A stretch of 55,318 nucleotides of DNA, counting the filler, from Sphacelaria rigidula (Eukaryota): NCBI GenBank assembly GCA_964200075.2. It is 5 parts of 5 records of this genome, joined end to end, with 100 filler letters (N's around TTAATTAATTAA, not from the genome) between each part and the next. Parts side by side here need not be neighbours in the genome. Positions count along the whole stretch, not along the records: positions 11,086 to 22,069 come from CAXNAA020005576.1; positions 22,170 to 33,152 come from CAXNAA020005577.1; 3 more parts are not named here. One strand, 5' to 3'. Both the position numbers and the translations under genes were made by a program. Below are positions 12,349 through 24,910 of the stretch, piece after piece (position 1 is the stretch's first letter; each line of letters starts with the position of its first letter). The notes beneath the pieces were generated by a model. The model did not search any database, was not told where the DNA came from, and worked only from the letters and a program-made list of their open reading frames with translations.

Positions 12349-12935
12349 AGCGCCCTCAGGCATTGAGAAGCCAACCCAGCACTTCGCCCAGCACCCGAGT
12401 TGCAAGATGAGCGTCGGGATAGAGTTCTCGGAGAAAGGGTATCAACTGTTCCCGCTCGCCCTTCACAGGATGGTGAAAGGCGTTTTGATGATGCACTGAA
12501 AAAGACACATGATGTTCGCCTTCGGGGATGTCAAGAGCGTCACACACTTCGACCCTTTCACCATCATATATATATATATATTTGACAGCGCATTTAAGCC
12601 AGCTTTGCTTTCGGAAGTCAGCGAAGCATTCAAGTCCTCTCGAATGGAATACGTGGTCAGCTTCAAAGACGAGAGGACGACCTTGTCTTCCGGCTTTAGC
12701 GTCGACCTCGTCACAGGGGGGCTGCACTGGGAAATATTCCCCAATGACGAGCGGGGAGAACTCGTGCATGGTGTACATTTGCAGGAGAGGAGAAACCCTC
12801 CGACGAACATCTGGCGTACAGCCGCATCACGTCTTGAATTCTGCGCTCTATATCCTTACGAAAGGGGAAATGGTCATCCAAGAGCACGTCAACAGAAATA
12901 GTTGCAGATTTATGGCCGGCGGAGCATGGTGATGC
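12349..12935 (+). pseudogene. DOT1-like SAM-dependent methyltransferase fragment, right arm of foldback
   Basis: SGIEKPTQHFAQHPSCKMSVGIE...FAFGDVKSVTHFDPFT..YIFDSAFKPALLSEVSEAFKSSRMEYVVSF; contains a stop and an (AT)n expansion; inverted relative to the left arm. Confidence 0.72.
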
Positions 12936-13329
12936 AATACACAGTCTAGGTCGCTGGTCACTCATACAGTGCTCACGTCGAGGCGCAATCCTGCAGCTTC
13001 GAAGTTCTACCTTAGACTGGAAACGAAGCTGAATCCCGCAGCGGCAGCGTTTCACCCTGGGTTGACACACTGTCACGAAAAGTACGTTGACGAAGATGAG
13101 GCACGTTTAAGTAAGTACCAGGTTCGGCGGACTGGAGATGGCAGCTGACGCGGAATTGGAAGGCTGCACTCTACCCGCGAGACCAACAGACAAGGCAACC
13201 GTGACAGACGTGCCAAAGATAAATCGGAACAGAAAAATCTCGCCCATATAATCAGAAGGCGAAACAGACCAGGAAGGAGAGCACAGGAAACAAAAGGTCG
13301 CGTTATATATAGAGAAGGGTAACAGCTAG

Positions 13330-16240
13330 GTCGCGTACTGGGGAGCTCAAAGTGTTGACCTATGACGTCCGCATACTTGTCCCTCATTGGAAAGAACGGA
13401 GTTGGGCCATGCTGAGGTGATCCTGCAGAAACGTCAGGCCGTCGGATTTGACGTCATCTGGCTACAGGAAACGAGTAGACCAGGCAAGACGGTTAGTTTA
13501 CTGGCTACGAACCTCGTCGACGTACTCGTGAATGCCGCTGAAAAGGTGGTACCCCGTCTGACACGAAAGCCATGTATACCGGGGTGGTTTAAGAATGCTG
13601 CCATTCGAACGGAGTTCGAACGGGCCTGGATTGAGAGGGAGCGGGCGAGGTAAACGGTGCGACTGGGACAATCACGAGAAAAACCCGCATGGCACACTTT
13701 GCGAGCAGTGTGCAAAAAGGTTAGAGAGGTGATCCAAGTTGGGGTGGACAAATATATGGATGTGTATGCTGGAGAGTTGGAGGAGTGTACTCGAGCGGGG
13801 AACGTGAGAGGTTGGTACAGCCATCTCAACGGTAGGCGGAGACTGTCTGGACGACCAATCGAGAGTAAGCATTACATTCGAGGTGAGGACGGCAACTTAT
13901 GGTGGGACGAAGGTTGGATCAATGGGAGATGGGAACGGTACTTCTCCACATTGCTGAACGCCATATAGGCAACTGTCGACCGAACCGTCATAGAGAAGAT
14001 TGCGTAACGACGGACAGCGCCGTCACAAGTAGACCTGCCATGCCCAAGTGAAACTGAATAGGCTCTGAGAGCTATATCGAACGGTAAAGCAACGGGTCCG
14101 GATGGTCTACCTACTGAAGTCCTGAAGCTTGGCTTGAACGGGGAGGCGTCGGGGATTCTGTACCGATTTCCACAGCATCGTCTCTGTGGTTTGGGAATCT
14201 GATGAGGTGCCGCAGGAATGGAAACATGTCGCAGTCAAAGGGCTGGACAAAGAAAAGATGGGGCCGAGTGTCGTCACTAGAGAGGCATTTCATTTGTGGC
14301 ACATGCTGCTAACATTCTCGTCAAAACCGTACCCAACAGGCTCGGTAATTTTTGTGAGGAAGCAGACGCCTTCTCGGACGAGCAGTGTGGATTTAGGCGC
14401 CACCGACCATCGACATGATGTTTGTAATACGCCGACTTTGGGAGTTGGGATGGGCTCGTGAGGCCCCACCAAACATGTGCTTTACCGATCTGCAGAAGGC
14501 CTACGATTCCGTGACCACACGCTCCTCTGGGAAGCGCTTGCTTGGTTCGGAGTCCCACCGTGAATGATCACGACCATCCGTTTGTGCCACGACGGCATGC
14601 CAGCTCGGGTACAGGTAAATGGTGGCAAACTACCAGTGTGGTACCACGTCTGCCAGGAACTCAGGCAAGGTTGCGTTTCGTCCCGCTGTTGTTCAACATC
14701 TTCGGAGCAGCCTTAATCGACGTGACTGTTGCGGCGGACCCAGTTGCTATCTCAGACATGGTCCTACTAGATGATGTGCCAAAAGGTGACGGTGGTGAAC
14801 CCCTGGAAGAGACGCCGCTGGAAAGGGTGCGACGCGCGGTGTGGGCAATGCTCTGTGCGGACGACGCCGGATTAGTCTCGAGGACCTTAAAAGGCGTTGC
14901 TCGAATGATGGCTGTGATAGTGGTGAATTGCCAGGAATCCGGCCTGATGGTCACCGAGAGCAAGGAAGAGTCCATGCGCCGTGGGTCAGTACCCAGTCAC
15001 CCGCAGGATACCATGCATATCAAAGCTGCCGATCAACGGTATAAGCAGACGGGGAAGTTTGTCTACCATGGTGGTGCTATCAACGCGGATGCGAAAATAT
15101 TCATCGAAAGTATAGGCCCCAACTATATGATCGACCCAACGCCCAGCTATCCTCGAACGTCCGGCTGCTTGGAGCGGAGGTGGTGACAACTCTGTTGTAT
15201 GGATGTGCCACACGGACGTTGCGTGACGTTGCGTTCTGAGAACGTCGACAGTTTGCGGACTGCCCATTACAGCAAGTGGTTGGATTCCGCAGGAAAAATC
15301 GCAATGAGTACAAGACTCTTTCGTATAGTGCGGTGCTCGAGATGACCGACTGTAAATGTATCGAGACGACTGTCCGCAAACGTCACCTCTAGTTCGCGGG
15401 AGCCCTTGTTCGGAAGAAGGAAACACGCCTTCCTAAACGCATCATGAATGGACGGTTATCCGCACGAGGGACTAAGTAGGCCGGCCGCCCCCCCCCAAGC
15501 AATGGGGGGAAAACCTCCAGGAGAACCTGCGTGCATTAGGGGGCTGTTCCGTAAAAGGAGCGCGACGGAAATGGTCCGTGTACGGTGCAGAGACTAACGA
15601 TGCATGAGATTGGGTCACTGCGGCGAAGAACATGGGCAAATGGGATTGGCTTCAAAAAAAGAGCGGAGGAGTTTGAGGACACGTGGCGACGCGCAGAGGC
15701 TGCAGCGTCGAGGGTCGCCAATCGAAGAATCTTTTCTGCTCATCTCCGTTGTTGATTGTGTCCTTGGTGGGTGGCACTGCGGTGCTCCCTGGTGGGTGTC
15801 TGTATCTACTCTGCCGCCCTGAATTCGTAGGGCTTCACCACTGTGGTCTCCCTCCCTGTTCTCCATTTTCCCCATTTTTCTCTATATATGTATTTTTTCC
15901 TGCCGGTGTGTGGCAAAGCAGTGTGGTACCTCGCTTCATTGTTTTTGTCCGTGGCTGAAAGGGCCCATAATTTATCATAGAGCGTTTGTAGTGACCGAGC
16001 TGCAATCTTTTTCCCCCACGGCCTTTCGTTTTCTACGACTAGGTATGACTGTGGTTTTGCGTAAGACCTTGTACGCCGAAACCATGTGGCAAAGACCCGT
16101 CATTTCTTTGCTTCGCTGTTGTGTTTTTTTCAGCGAGGGTGTCGGTTTTGTTTTGTTTTGGGTATGTCTGTCATGCAACCACGGCTGGATCCCCGGGGGG
16201 TCTGGTAAAGTGCGACATTCAACTGATCAATCAATCAAAG
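13330..16240 (+). mobile_element. Degenerate RTE-like LINE (family B) in the transportin intron
   Basis: AP-endonuclease start (DVIWLQETSRPG), RT motifs GKATGPDGLP, DLQKAYDSV, LRQGC/PLLFNIF, LCADD; 3' UTR ends in (TCAA)n at ~16226-16238. Confidence 0.85.
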
Positions 16241-16429
16241 TACGAGCATCCCCTTTCTTCCTAGTTGAGATTTGTCACCCCATACAGGATTTCTACCACC
16301 GTCATGATCTACGCAAAGAAACACGAACAAGAAAGGAAACCCCAGTAATCTGGTTTGCTAGCTCACGTGGTGAGTGGCGTGTTGTACAGCATCGTTGCCA
16401 ACCGACGCCAACCGTTGAAAGGGAGAGAG

Positions 16430-16670
16430 GGGATGGGAGCGGGTGCTCGTCAGCTTGCATGCAGTTGTCATATGACCATTGGCCTCGCATCCCTACAAAG
16501 CCCCGACGGGGCACACCGAGTTTTCTCAGGACCATGCTCGCAATCAATCACTGAGCGCGGAGTGCTGTAATGTGTTCGGCGAGTCGTACCAAGGGTGAGC
16601 TGCATTCTGTTCAGATTGTTGAGTCCGAAGCGTACTGAATATCTTGCATATGGATGGCAGCCTCCAATGA
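16430..16670 (-). mobile_element. Longer copy of the poly-G-associated retroposon
   Basis: Homologous to 11580-11800; abuts a G-rich tract. Confidence 0.7.
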
Positions 16671-16682
16671 GTCGCTTCTATT

Positions 16683-16951
16683 CTGGACGTCAGTCTCGCA
16701 ACACAGGAGCTTTTTTTTTTTTTTTCTACCCCACCTTCCTTCTGCGGCGCTTGCCTTTATTTTTCATCGCGAAAGGTGTTCAGCAATCCCTTTCCCTCGT
16801 CGACCGTTCAGTCGAATTTTGTGTACCCACGATACAGTCGCTCTCCACTGCTGGGCATGAGAAAAAATCTCAATTCGCTCTGAGATTCAAACCCACGACC
16901 CAACCGTCAGAGGGTTTCGAGGTTACCAACTGAGCCACCGGGGCGACCGGT
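16683..16951 (-). mobile_element. tRNA-derived SINE
   Basis: Head GCCCCGGTGGCTCAGTTGG (A box)...GGTTTGAATCTC (B box), followed by a body shared with three other copies (ATGCCCARCAGTGGAGAG...ACGGTCGACGAGGG). Confidence 0.8.
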
Positions 16952-17824
16952 CTGTCGGTGACCACGCTTATACCAATACAAGGCCTGCAATGGCTTTTAC
17001 TAGTTTTGGAGAGTGCCGATTATGTGAACATGGATGGTGAGCGATCAAGGACTCCGTACTAGAAGCCAACAGTATTTCTTTGGTTTGAGGCAGCGGATGT
17101 CGGCAGTGCACGCGTTGAAGTGGTGACATGCGCGAAACACGCTGCTGCGCGGCACGGTCGATGTCAAGCACGGGAGCCACCTGTATTTGTGTGCTGCGCT
17201 GCACTGCACCGTGCTATGCCATGGCCGCGCCGTGCCATGATTGACGTACACTTGTGCCCTTACGTAATATGTTTTTGTTTCTACATCCACTTGTAACCCA
17301 ACTCCTTTCTCGGGACGAGTCCGTGGTCAGAAGGAAATGAAGCATTTCCCCCCCGGTACACGCGTTACGTTCTGGCGTCGCAGATTGGATCATGACTAGC
17401 ACTCCCGCACCTCGTCGACTATTGTGTAGGAAACTCCGACTAATTTCACGTTTTTTTTCTCACGTTCTCACTTTTTCCACGACAGAAATCAGATACTTGA
17501 AAAAAAAAAATGCCAAACCAGACGCATCCGGTGAGGAATGAACCCGCGTTTTCTCGCCCAAATGGTGTAAATTGTGTCGCTAGACCATGGCTGTGGGGCG
17601 ATAACTGTATACGATAAGACAAAATACGACATACGATACGATACAATACAATACTATGTTAACTTTATGCACGCCGCCCAAAACGACGTGAGACATACTG
17701 CACGTACCGATTATAAGGAGATACCAGCCGATGAAAACCATAATTATGCACTTGCAATTGATCATCGGTTACTGTACCCGCTCCCACTGAATGTGTTGTC
17801 GCATGAAAACTGTCCTACGCGCAG

Positions 17825-18015
17825 GAACGTTTGGGCAGCCCGGATGTCTGGCAGCGCGAGAGCGCAATGCTGGCATTGGGCGCGGCCTCTGAGGGGTGCA
17901 TTGAGGGGCTCGGCCCGCATCTGCCGGCCTTGTTTACGTTTCTGAATCAGCAGCAGGCGGCAGACACGCCGCAGCTGAGGAGTATCTCTTGCTGGGTCAT
18001 GGGAAGGTTTATGAG
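17825..18015 (+). CDS. TNPO1: Transportin-1 internal exon
   Basis: gcgcag|...|gtaatt; ERLGSPDVWQRESAMLALGAASEGC...LRSISCWVMGRFM; phase 0 start fits the previous exon. Confidence 0.93.
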
Positions 18016-18124
18016 GTAATTTTTTTCCTTCCGCAACTTGTTGCTCCTATGGTCGCCACTATTTTCGTGTGTAATGTCATCACGTCTCATCATCTTGGTT
18101 GTGATGAGGGTATGGGAGAGTGGC

Positions 18125-18240
18125 AGGGGGGGAGGGGGGGGGTTATCCCTCCATTTGAGCCCCCTGCGAGATCAATGGTCTGATGACTGTGGCATGCATG
18201 GTCATGAGTACCCCCACCCCCATCTCCACCCTCACCCGCT
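18125..18240 (+). mobile_element. Truncated copy of the poly-G-associated retroposon (intronic)
   Basis: GCGAGATCAATGGTC...CATGAGTAC followed by a C-rich tract. Confidence 0.6.
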
Positions 18241-18463
18241 CTAGCCCCCTGGAGATCCAAATGTCATGGTCGACACGATGAGGGGCGCGAGCGTCGTTGC
18301 ATCAAACCATCGCATTTTGGTGTTGGTAAAAAATACACTGGGTGAGTTGTAGTGCTCCCCTCTGCATTTTTCACGTTTTTGCGCAGGAGGCAGTAAGTGT
18401 GATTCTCAACTCACTTCTTGTGTGTGTGTTTGTGTTTTTTTTTTCCATTTTTTCCCCCGACAG

Positions 18464-18551
18464 GTGGATCGTGAGCCAGGAAGAACAGGACAAGTATCTC
18501 CTCCCGGCGCTACACGGACTGATGCAACGAGTTCTGGATAGCAACAAAAAG
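18464..18551 (+). CDS. TNPO1: Transportin-1 internal exon
   Basis: cgacag|...|gtggaa; (R)WIVSQEEQDKYLLPALHGLMQRVLDSNKK; phase-compatible. Confidence 0.9.
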
Positions 18552-18855
18552 GTGGAAGAGAAAATGGAAAACTTTTTTTTTTTTTAGAATTGTGTGGACA
18601 GTATATTTCGAGATGGTGCTGACAAGATGATTCGAGTTGAAGAATGGCCGGTCTCCTTCATGAATACAGGGTACGTGCTCTATCGGGAGGGGTCCTCCTC
18701 TCTAACGGACACAACAAGCTTCCCGACCTTTCCTGTCTCTCTGATGAAGGGTATGTTCATTGTTGCTGGCCGCTCAGGCATCTTGAGATTGTTTAACGTC
18801 TAGACTCCCCCCCCGCCCTCCCATCCCCCCGCCATACGCCGTCCACTGCGCTCAG

Positions 18856-18941
18856 GTGCAAGAGGCGGCCTGCTCTGCTCTGTCTGTCTTGGAGGAAGAA
18901 GTCGGCTGGCATCTCAATCCGCACCTGGAGCATCTAGTGAG
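18856..18941 (+). CDS. TNPO1: Transportin-1 internal exon
   Basis: gctcag|...|gtgcgt; VQEAACSALSVLEEEVGWHLNPHLEHLV (cf. VQEAACSAFATLEEE). Confidence 0.92.
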
Positions 18942-19498
18942 GTGCGTGTAGTGTATGTTGCGTCACGGTACGAGCTCGGCGTCTTTACTCTGCTCTTGGA
19001 AAAGGTTCTTTGTAGCTAGCGTGTGTTGGCGGGCACGGAAATTTGGCTCGCGAAATATCCACTCCGTTTGGGGGGGTGATAACCAATACAGGTGGTATGA
19101 TGCTTCTTGCCTTCCCCAGTCCAAACGCAAGAGAAACAGATCGAAAATGTCTATATGCATATATGCCTGTATGTATGTGGACATCACGACCAGCCGATGA
19201 AAGCACGGAGTCGATTTAATACTTGTTTGACTTACTTTTTGTTAAGTATGTGGGTGTGTTCGATTGTCGTGATCGTTCCATCTTGTTTGTGATGTGGTGG
19301 AATATGACATGTCTTGCATACACGTCCGCGGAATAGAATATGGCAGCATTTCTCCAATCGATAAACGTCCGGACATCTTCCGTTGCGGAGGTAAATGGTA
19401 TGTCCTATGCGGTCATAAGTGTTTTATGTTGTACGCATCACATATTTCAAACATACTTACCCTCTTTTTGCTTCTCGTATCGATTTGTTCTCGAACAG

Positions 19499-19652
19499 AT
19501 GCTTTGCGGCGGCGCTTGCGAAATATCAGACCCGAAGCCTGATCGTGCTATACGACACCGTGGGAACTCTGGCAGATAATACCGGACGATGCTTGGCCCA
19601 ACCGGGTCTGCTGTCCATCCTAATGCCGCCCCTTATGCAGAGGTGGAATCAG
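19499..19652 (+). CDS. TNPO1: Transportin-1 internal exon (last visible; gene incomplete at both ends)
   Basis: gaacag|...|gtatgt; (R)CFAAALAKYQTRSLIVLYDTVGTLADNTG...LMPPLMQRWNQ (cf. LYDAIGTLADSVG...LMPPLIQKWN). Confidence 0.93.
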
Positions 19653-20663
19653 GTATGTATGCCAAGAAATGGTGAATACGGCCTCTGATCAGCAATTTAA
19701 AGTCAAATTGGATATTCCGCACCATAGTTTCGATTTGCAGTGTGGAGCTCTAGAAATATTCGATTTTCATCATTTTGTTTTTATCCTCATCATACTCTGA
19801 CATGCGGGACGTTCAGGAGAATCCCCTGAAACAGATGTTGACTACAAGCTCGTTCACTCGTATCACCCAAAACTGTGTCATCAGCAAATGCCCTTCGCAT
19901 TACCTACCCAATAATTGCATACATCATATTATGCTGGCCGCCATTGACGGCTTCAGAGCATGACATTGCCGAATTTGTGTTGTAGGTCATAGCGGTGGTG
20001 CTAAGGGCGAAAATGTACCTTTATCATTCAGCGCTCTTCAAATTGTTCTGAAATCTAATATACCAATTCCCAGCCCATTTTTCACCCGATCTTCCGCATG
20101 ATTCAAATCTTAGTAACCACAATTAACTCGGGAATCTAACAGAAGAAACAGATTCGAAACGTTCACCACGGGGTCGTATTATATCCGAAAACGTGGTGCA
20201 AAATGTCATCGTCTCCACTCCCAAAATCGGCGTCAAGTTCTGCGGAGGACGGTTTTTAGGTTGATGAGCGTGAACCGGTCTGTATGTCACCACACATGCA
20301 GGTCGCCAGTAGACGTAAAGAAGTGTACGTGAACAAAAGTTGATACTCGATTTTACGTGATTTTAGAATCAAGGAAGTTTTGAGATAATTTATTACTTGG
20401 GGCAGGTGAGCAGTGGTGAGCAATGGACCGAGCTCGTCCAGGACGTAATGTTGATCCAAAATCGGCTCAAAGGTGTCGATTTGAGCTTGGCAACGCACAC
20501 TTTGCTTTAGAAACATCTTGTACGCCCGTCGCCCGAGGATTGTCGGTGTGCCTTGGTCGGGGTTAGGGTTAGGGTTAACGGTATGGTCGGTGGCATCGTT
20601 AACGTTATGGTTGGGGGCATCTCTATAACAACCATTGTTGACGTACGTTTCTTCAGGTCCCCT

Positions 20664-21020
20664 CCAGGTCGCTCCGGTAACTCAGTTAGTAACCTCGAAA
20701 CGTTCTGATGGTTGGGTCGTGATCTCGAGTCGCGGTGAAGTCACACGATTTTTTTTTTCGCACAATGCCCAACAGTGGAGAGCGACCATGTCGTGGGTAG
20801 ACAAAATCCGACTTACACGGTCGACGAGGGAAACGGACTGCTGGACCCCTCTTGCGATAAAAAAGGAGGCGAGCACCGCAGAAGGAAGAAGGAATACCAC
20901 GACAAATGAAATAAGAAAAACTTTTGAGTTAGCCTTTCTCCTGTGTGCCCCGGGCTGATGTGCCCACATGTACTAGAAGGTGTAGACCGGCGTCCAGAAT
21001 AGGTGGGATGGCGACACAAA
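20664..21020 (+). mobile_element. tRNA-derived SINE
   Basis: Same head and body as 16683-16951. Confidence 0.8.
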
Positions 21021-21521
21021 GTGCCCCTCCCCCTTGAAATATATAGCCCAAACAGATCCTGCGAAGACTTGGCCAGTGAGGAAACTACTGTAGTGGGGTT
21101 TCGTTTGTTGTCCCATAAAAAACATGATAACTTGTCTTCTTTTCTTGTGTTATCTTGGGTACCTCATTTACCTGTAGAATCGAACGTTCACTTTTTATCA
21201 GGTGCATTTCATGCCTACCCGAGGCAAAGCTGTAGGTTGGCAAGAAGTGGAACTTTGGAACCGAAGAGACAGCATGAAAGAGGAGACAAACTGAGAGGGA
21301 GGGGGAGGGGGGAAGGAGGGACGACTTGTTTTGGAAGAAACAAGTAGTTTTGACTGAAAATCGAATCCCCGACTTCGAAAAACATAGATGTTCACATTGC
21401 TTACTACGCAACTTGTCTTAATCGACCTTATATTGCTGACGAGAGGAAGTATCTTCCTTTTTTATCGGGGCCTGGGGCAGCGGCCGGTGTGGTGTGATTA
21501 TTCGAGAACTTTTTTTGCAGA

Positions 21522-21885
21522 TTAACCCTTTTGGGATCGACCCCCCACTAACACAGAGTTGACCCTGTGTTGGTGATATAATTAAAGATAAGTCTTCGAG
21601 CGACCTGCCCAATTACGGCGAGACGAAATTTATCGACCAGACCCGAACGACCAGTGCTGGGGCTGTTGTTGAATATGATGCCACTGTAAAGATCCTGTGG
21701 GGACCCTATCCCTGGCTCAGATAAGCCCTCGCAGGTTTCCAAGCGCAGGGCGGTCGGAGCTTGGTTATATGATATGACTTGCACTCAGTATACCGTTCCC
21801 GAGTTTTCCGGGGGGTTTTTGGGTCACAATTCTTTACTAAACGTGGTAATTTACACTAACACAGGGTCGACCGGAAAAGCCGAGA
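21522..21885. mobile_element. piggyBac-like MITE
   Basis: Starts TTAA-CCCTTTT; internal palindrome CACTAACACAG-agttgacc-CTGTGTTGGTG; CACTAACACAGGGTCGACC recurs near the degenerate right end. Confidence 0.45.
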
Positions 21886-22069
21886 AGGAGTGTACATGCT
21901 ACCATGTGGTCATTTTTACCACCCCCTAAAACCAGGTGGGCTGTGGAAAGACAAGATGATCTACTGTCACGACTTCTACTTATCCCTCTGGCGATGACTT
22001 GCAGGGTGCAGTCAACACGTATGTAGGGGGCGGGGATGAAGAAGCGGTATATAGGCAGTTGATCTCGGT

Positions 22070-22169
22070 NNNNNNNNNNNNNNNNNNNNNNNNNNNNNNN
22101 NNNNNNNNNNNNNTTAATTAATTAANNNNNNNNNNNNNNNNNNNNNNNNNNNNNNNNNNNNNNNNNNNN
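22070..22169. other. Artificial contig linker
   Basis: N44-TTAATTAATTAA-N44. Confidence 0.98.
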
Positions 22170-22260
22170 CCCGATGTGCCCCGTCTCGAAAGGGATGCGG
22201 GGCCAATGGTCAAATGACTAAGGCAAGCAAAAAGTGAGTCCCCCCCCCCCCCCCCATCCC
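22170..22260 (+). mobile_element. Poly-G-associated retroposon at contig start
   Basis: Reverse complement of the 33253/35444 subfamily, ending in a C-run. Confidence 0.7.
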
Positions 22261-22825
22261 AATGTTCGTATATTTCAGTTGTTATGGTCTGGGTATCCGA
22301 GTGAAGGCCATATGTATGGTCGATCCACACATGCGTGGTTAGCCTTTGCCTGTGTTCTATTTTCTGTGGCACAGCGGCCAATAGCATGTGACAGTTGCTC
22401 ACACCTTCCTCGTCTTCCTCGTGTAAACAGCATCAGCAAAACGAGCGATGTCGCCTTTTCGATACCGCTCGTCGTGTCGCAAGTAAGCATGCGATCGCAA
22501 TCGGTTTTTGAAGCACCGTATTTCCTTTCGTCGCTGAGCGGATCAGGCTCTCCATGCTCGGCTATGATCGGATCGCACACTAATTCAAGTGACGGTCGGG
22601 TTGAGGTATTGTAGAAATTATGACCGGAGGAGCACCCGTTGAAACAAATACGAAACAACAGAAGGTCATCATCCAACACTATCGCAGATGTAGCGAGCAC
22701 CGGAACCTTCGGGCAAGTTTGATTGAAGTCAGAACAAAAATTAACGCGAGTAATACGGCAGGGTCAACGGCGCACGCAGGAGGTCTGGAGTTCGCACTAC
22801 TATATCAGCGGGACGTTACGGGAAG

Positions 22826-23060
22826 CTACGCTAATTTCTCCGCCGCGTGAAACACGCCATCCACCACAAACGGCTGTACGTCGATAAAAACTCCGACCAG
22901 CGCGAAGCGCCCGCCCTCAAGATCCTGAAACCGCCTCAGCGATGCCTGCCCGAAGTGGTTGCCCCACACGAACAGCCGCTCCACATACGAGTTGTATTCC
23001 ATACCCTCGGCCAACGCGTTCAAGCCCGAGTCGTGTATATTGTTGCTGCGAAGGTCCAAC
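22826..23060 (-). CDS. LRRC34: LRRC34-like RNI-type LRR protein, terminal exon
   Basis: cgacag| (M)LDLRSNNIHDSGLNALAEGMEYNSYVERLFVWGNHF...DVQPFVVDGVFHAAEKLA*; WGN.F and DV.PFVVDG are characteristic of the LRRC34 C-terminus. Confidence 0.85.
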
Positions 23061-23980
23061 CTGTCGTAGTTTTTGGGGTCGTTGAGTAGTTGAGAGTCTA
23101 TTGGTGTAGGTCCATATGGTGGTACTAGTTGTTGACGTGTGCTTCAGTGTTTCTAGCACTTGTCGTGATCGCGAAGCACTGAAGGGTGGTATGGCTGGCG
23201 ACGCCGGGTGGGGGTTGGGCTCCAGAGAAGCAACCAAATTGGTCAATTCTGGAGACGCGATAAACCAGGAAACCTCTAAAATACGAGTTTGAGGGGACTT
23301 TGACAAGAAATTCATGCTTGAGCGCCCCAACAGACCCGCTGCCCTTGACTGGACGGTACAGTTCATTCCCGTGTTTTCTCGTCTTCAGCCCAATGCCGGC
23401 ATTTCCACAAGCCCTCTACATACGCTCAAAGAGGGAAACGCGGGTAGGCTCTGTGTACCCGTAGTTCCGCGTATTGATTACATGGACATGGTTGAGATGA
23501 ACGATCACAGGTGGACATAAGGTATCGCTGTTCGCAGAGCGTCACAGGGAGAGGGCAACAAACGATGGGCATGCGGAAGTTACCAACCGTGACATGCCTT
23601 CAAATATCCCACGAACTAACCGGGAAGGACTGAAGATCTAGACATGAACCTCAAAGTTCTGCTACATCTTCAACTAACTGTTCTACTGAAATCATGTGCC
23701 TCCGTATAATGCTCACTTGGAATCATACGAGATACGAACCTCCTGCGGCACGTGAGTATCCTACATAATATTCATCACGTACTGACGATGTAACCATCCC
23801 CACATGCACACTACTCCAACGTACCGTTCAGGTTCTTTCTGCTGCCGCTCACGCCCTTTGTTGTTGCTTTGACCGAATGTTTGGGGCAGCGCTCAACAGT
23901 GAGCGCTAGATGGTTGTCTGTAGCGTGCCTTATTGAGCTCGTTCGAGCAATAATCATTTCATCCATATTTCATCCCTCAC

Positions 23981-24291
23981 ATTGTCAGCGTTTGACTGTG
24001 AAACAGAACGACTTGAAAGGCTCTCGCCCCTTCGTCCCCGATAGAGTTAGCCCTCAAGGCCAAGCTCGTTATGGTAGAGTGCTCCACCAACAAGTTAGCC
24101 AGTGCCTGCCCCCCTGTGATCCCTATGCGATTCCGTGATAAGTCTAGGCAACGCATAGTCGGATGCCCCGCTAGCGCCCCCCGCAACAGGTAAGCTCCCT
24201 CGTCTCCGATGCGACTCGAGGACAGATCTAGTGATCTTAGCATGCAAGGTGGCGTCTCGAGCATCCGCGACACGTGACATGCGACAACCTC
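23981..24291 (-). CDS. LRRC34: LRRC34-like internal exon
   Basis: tgacag|EVVACHVSRMLE...LRSLDLSSSRIGDEGA...LDLSRNRIG...LALRANSIGDEGA...|gtgagg; phase-compatible. Confidence 0.88.
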
Positions 24292-24910
24292 CTGTCAGTT
24301 TGGCGGGGTAAGCAATGTCCATTCATACGTGGCGGTGGATGATCATCTATGGTCTATGATGCTGCGGTTCGTTCGCCACGTTCGAGGGAGGAAGGTATAA
24401 CTGTCCGCGATATTTCACGTACCGAGCTCGGCCTTCCAAAAGAGGACAACACAACACGCAAATAAGGGAAAGCGTGGGGGGGAGACGTGGCAGTTACCAC
24501 CAGGGGAGGGATAGCGCTTCAGTAACGCTACGGCAGTGTAGGAGGGAACACAACGCCGATCCCCCAGCCTCCTTCTGCCTGCTGCACGGGAATGATGTCG
24601 GCGTCCGACTTTCGGAATTGCGACGAAGTGGCCGACGTAAATATCTGCGGGCTGCACGATTACAACTCAGAGCGCACGCAAACCTGCGAAGGATGGAAAA
24701 TTCCGAGGTCACATGGACCATTGGTAGTCGCCGCCAAAACCATGAGGCATTGTGATGAGTCATGCACCACATAAGAGCCAAACGTGAACGAGCAATATTC
24801 GCACACGTTTGATACGTTTGATGAAAGTACTGAGTTGTGTCAGACGCTAACTGAATGAACTTCTTTCCACCTCAAATACCACCACTTGTACGTCAGCCCG
24901 TCAGTCCCAC

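Noticed and set aside
20558-20578. TTAGGG repeats as a chromosome end
   Set aside because: Only about three units, internal to a contig and inside a probable intron.
19652-22826. Apparent convergent TNPO1-LRRC34 neighbourhood
   Set aside because: The genes are on different contigs separated by a linker.
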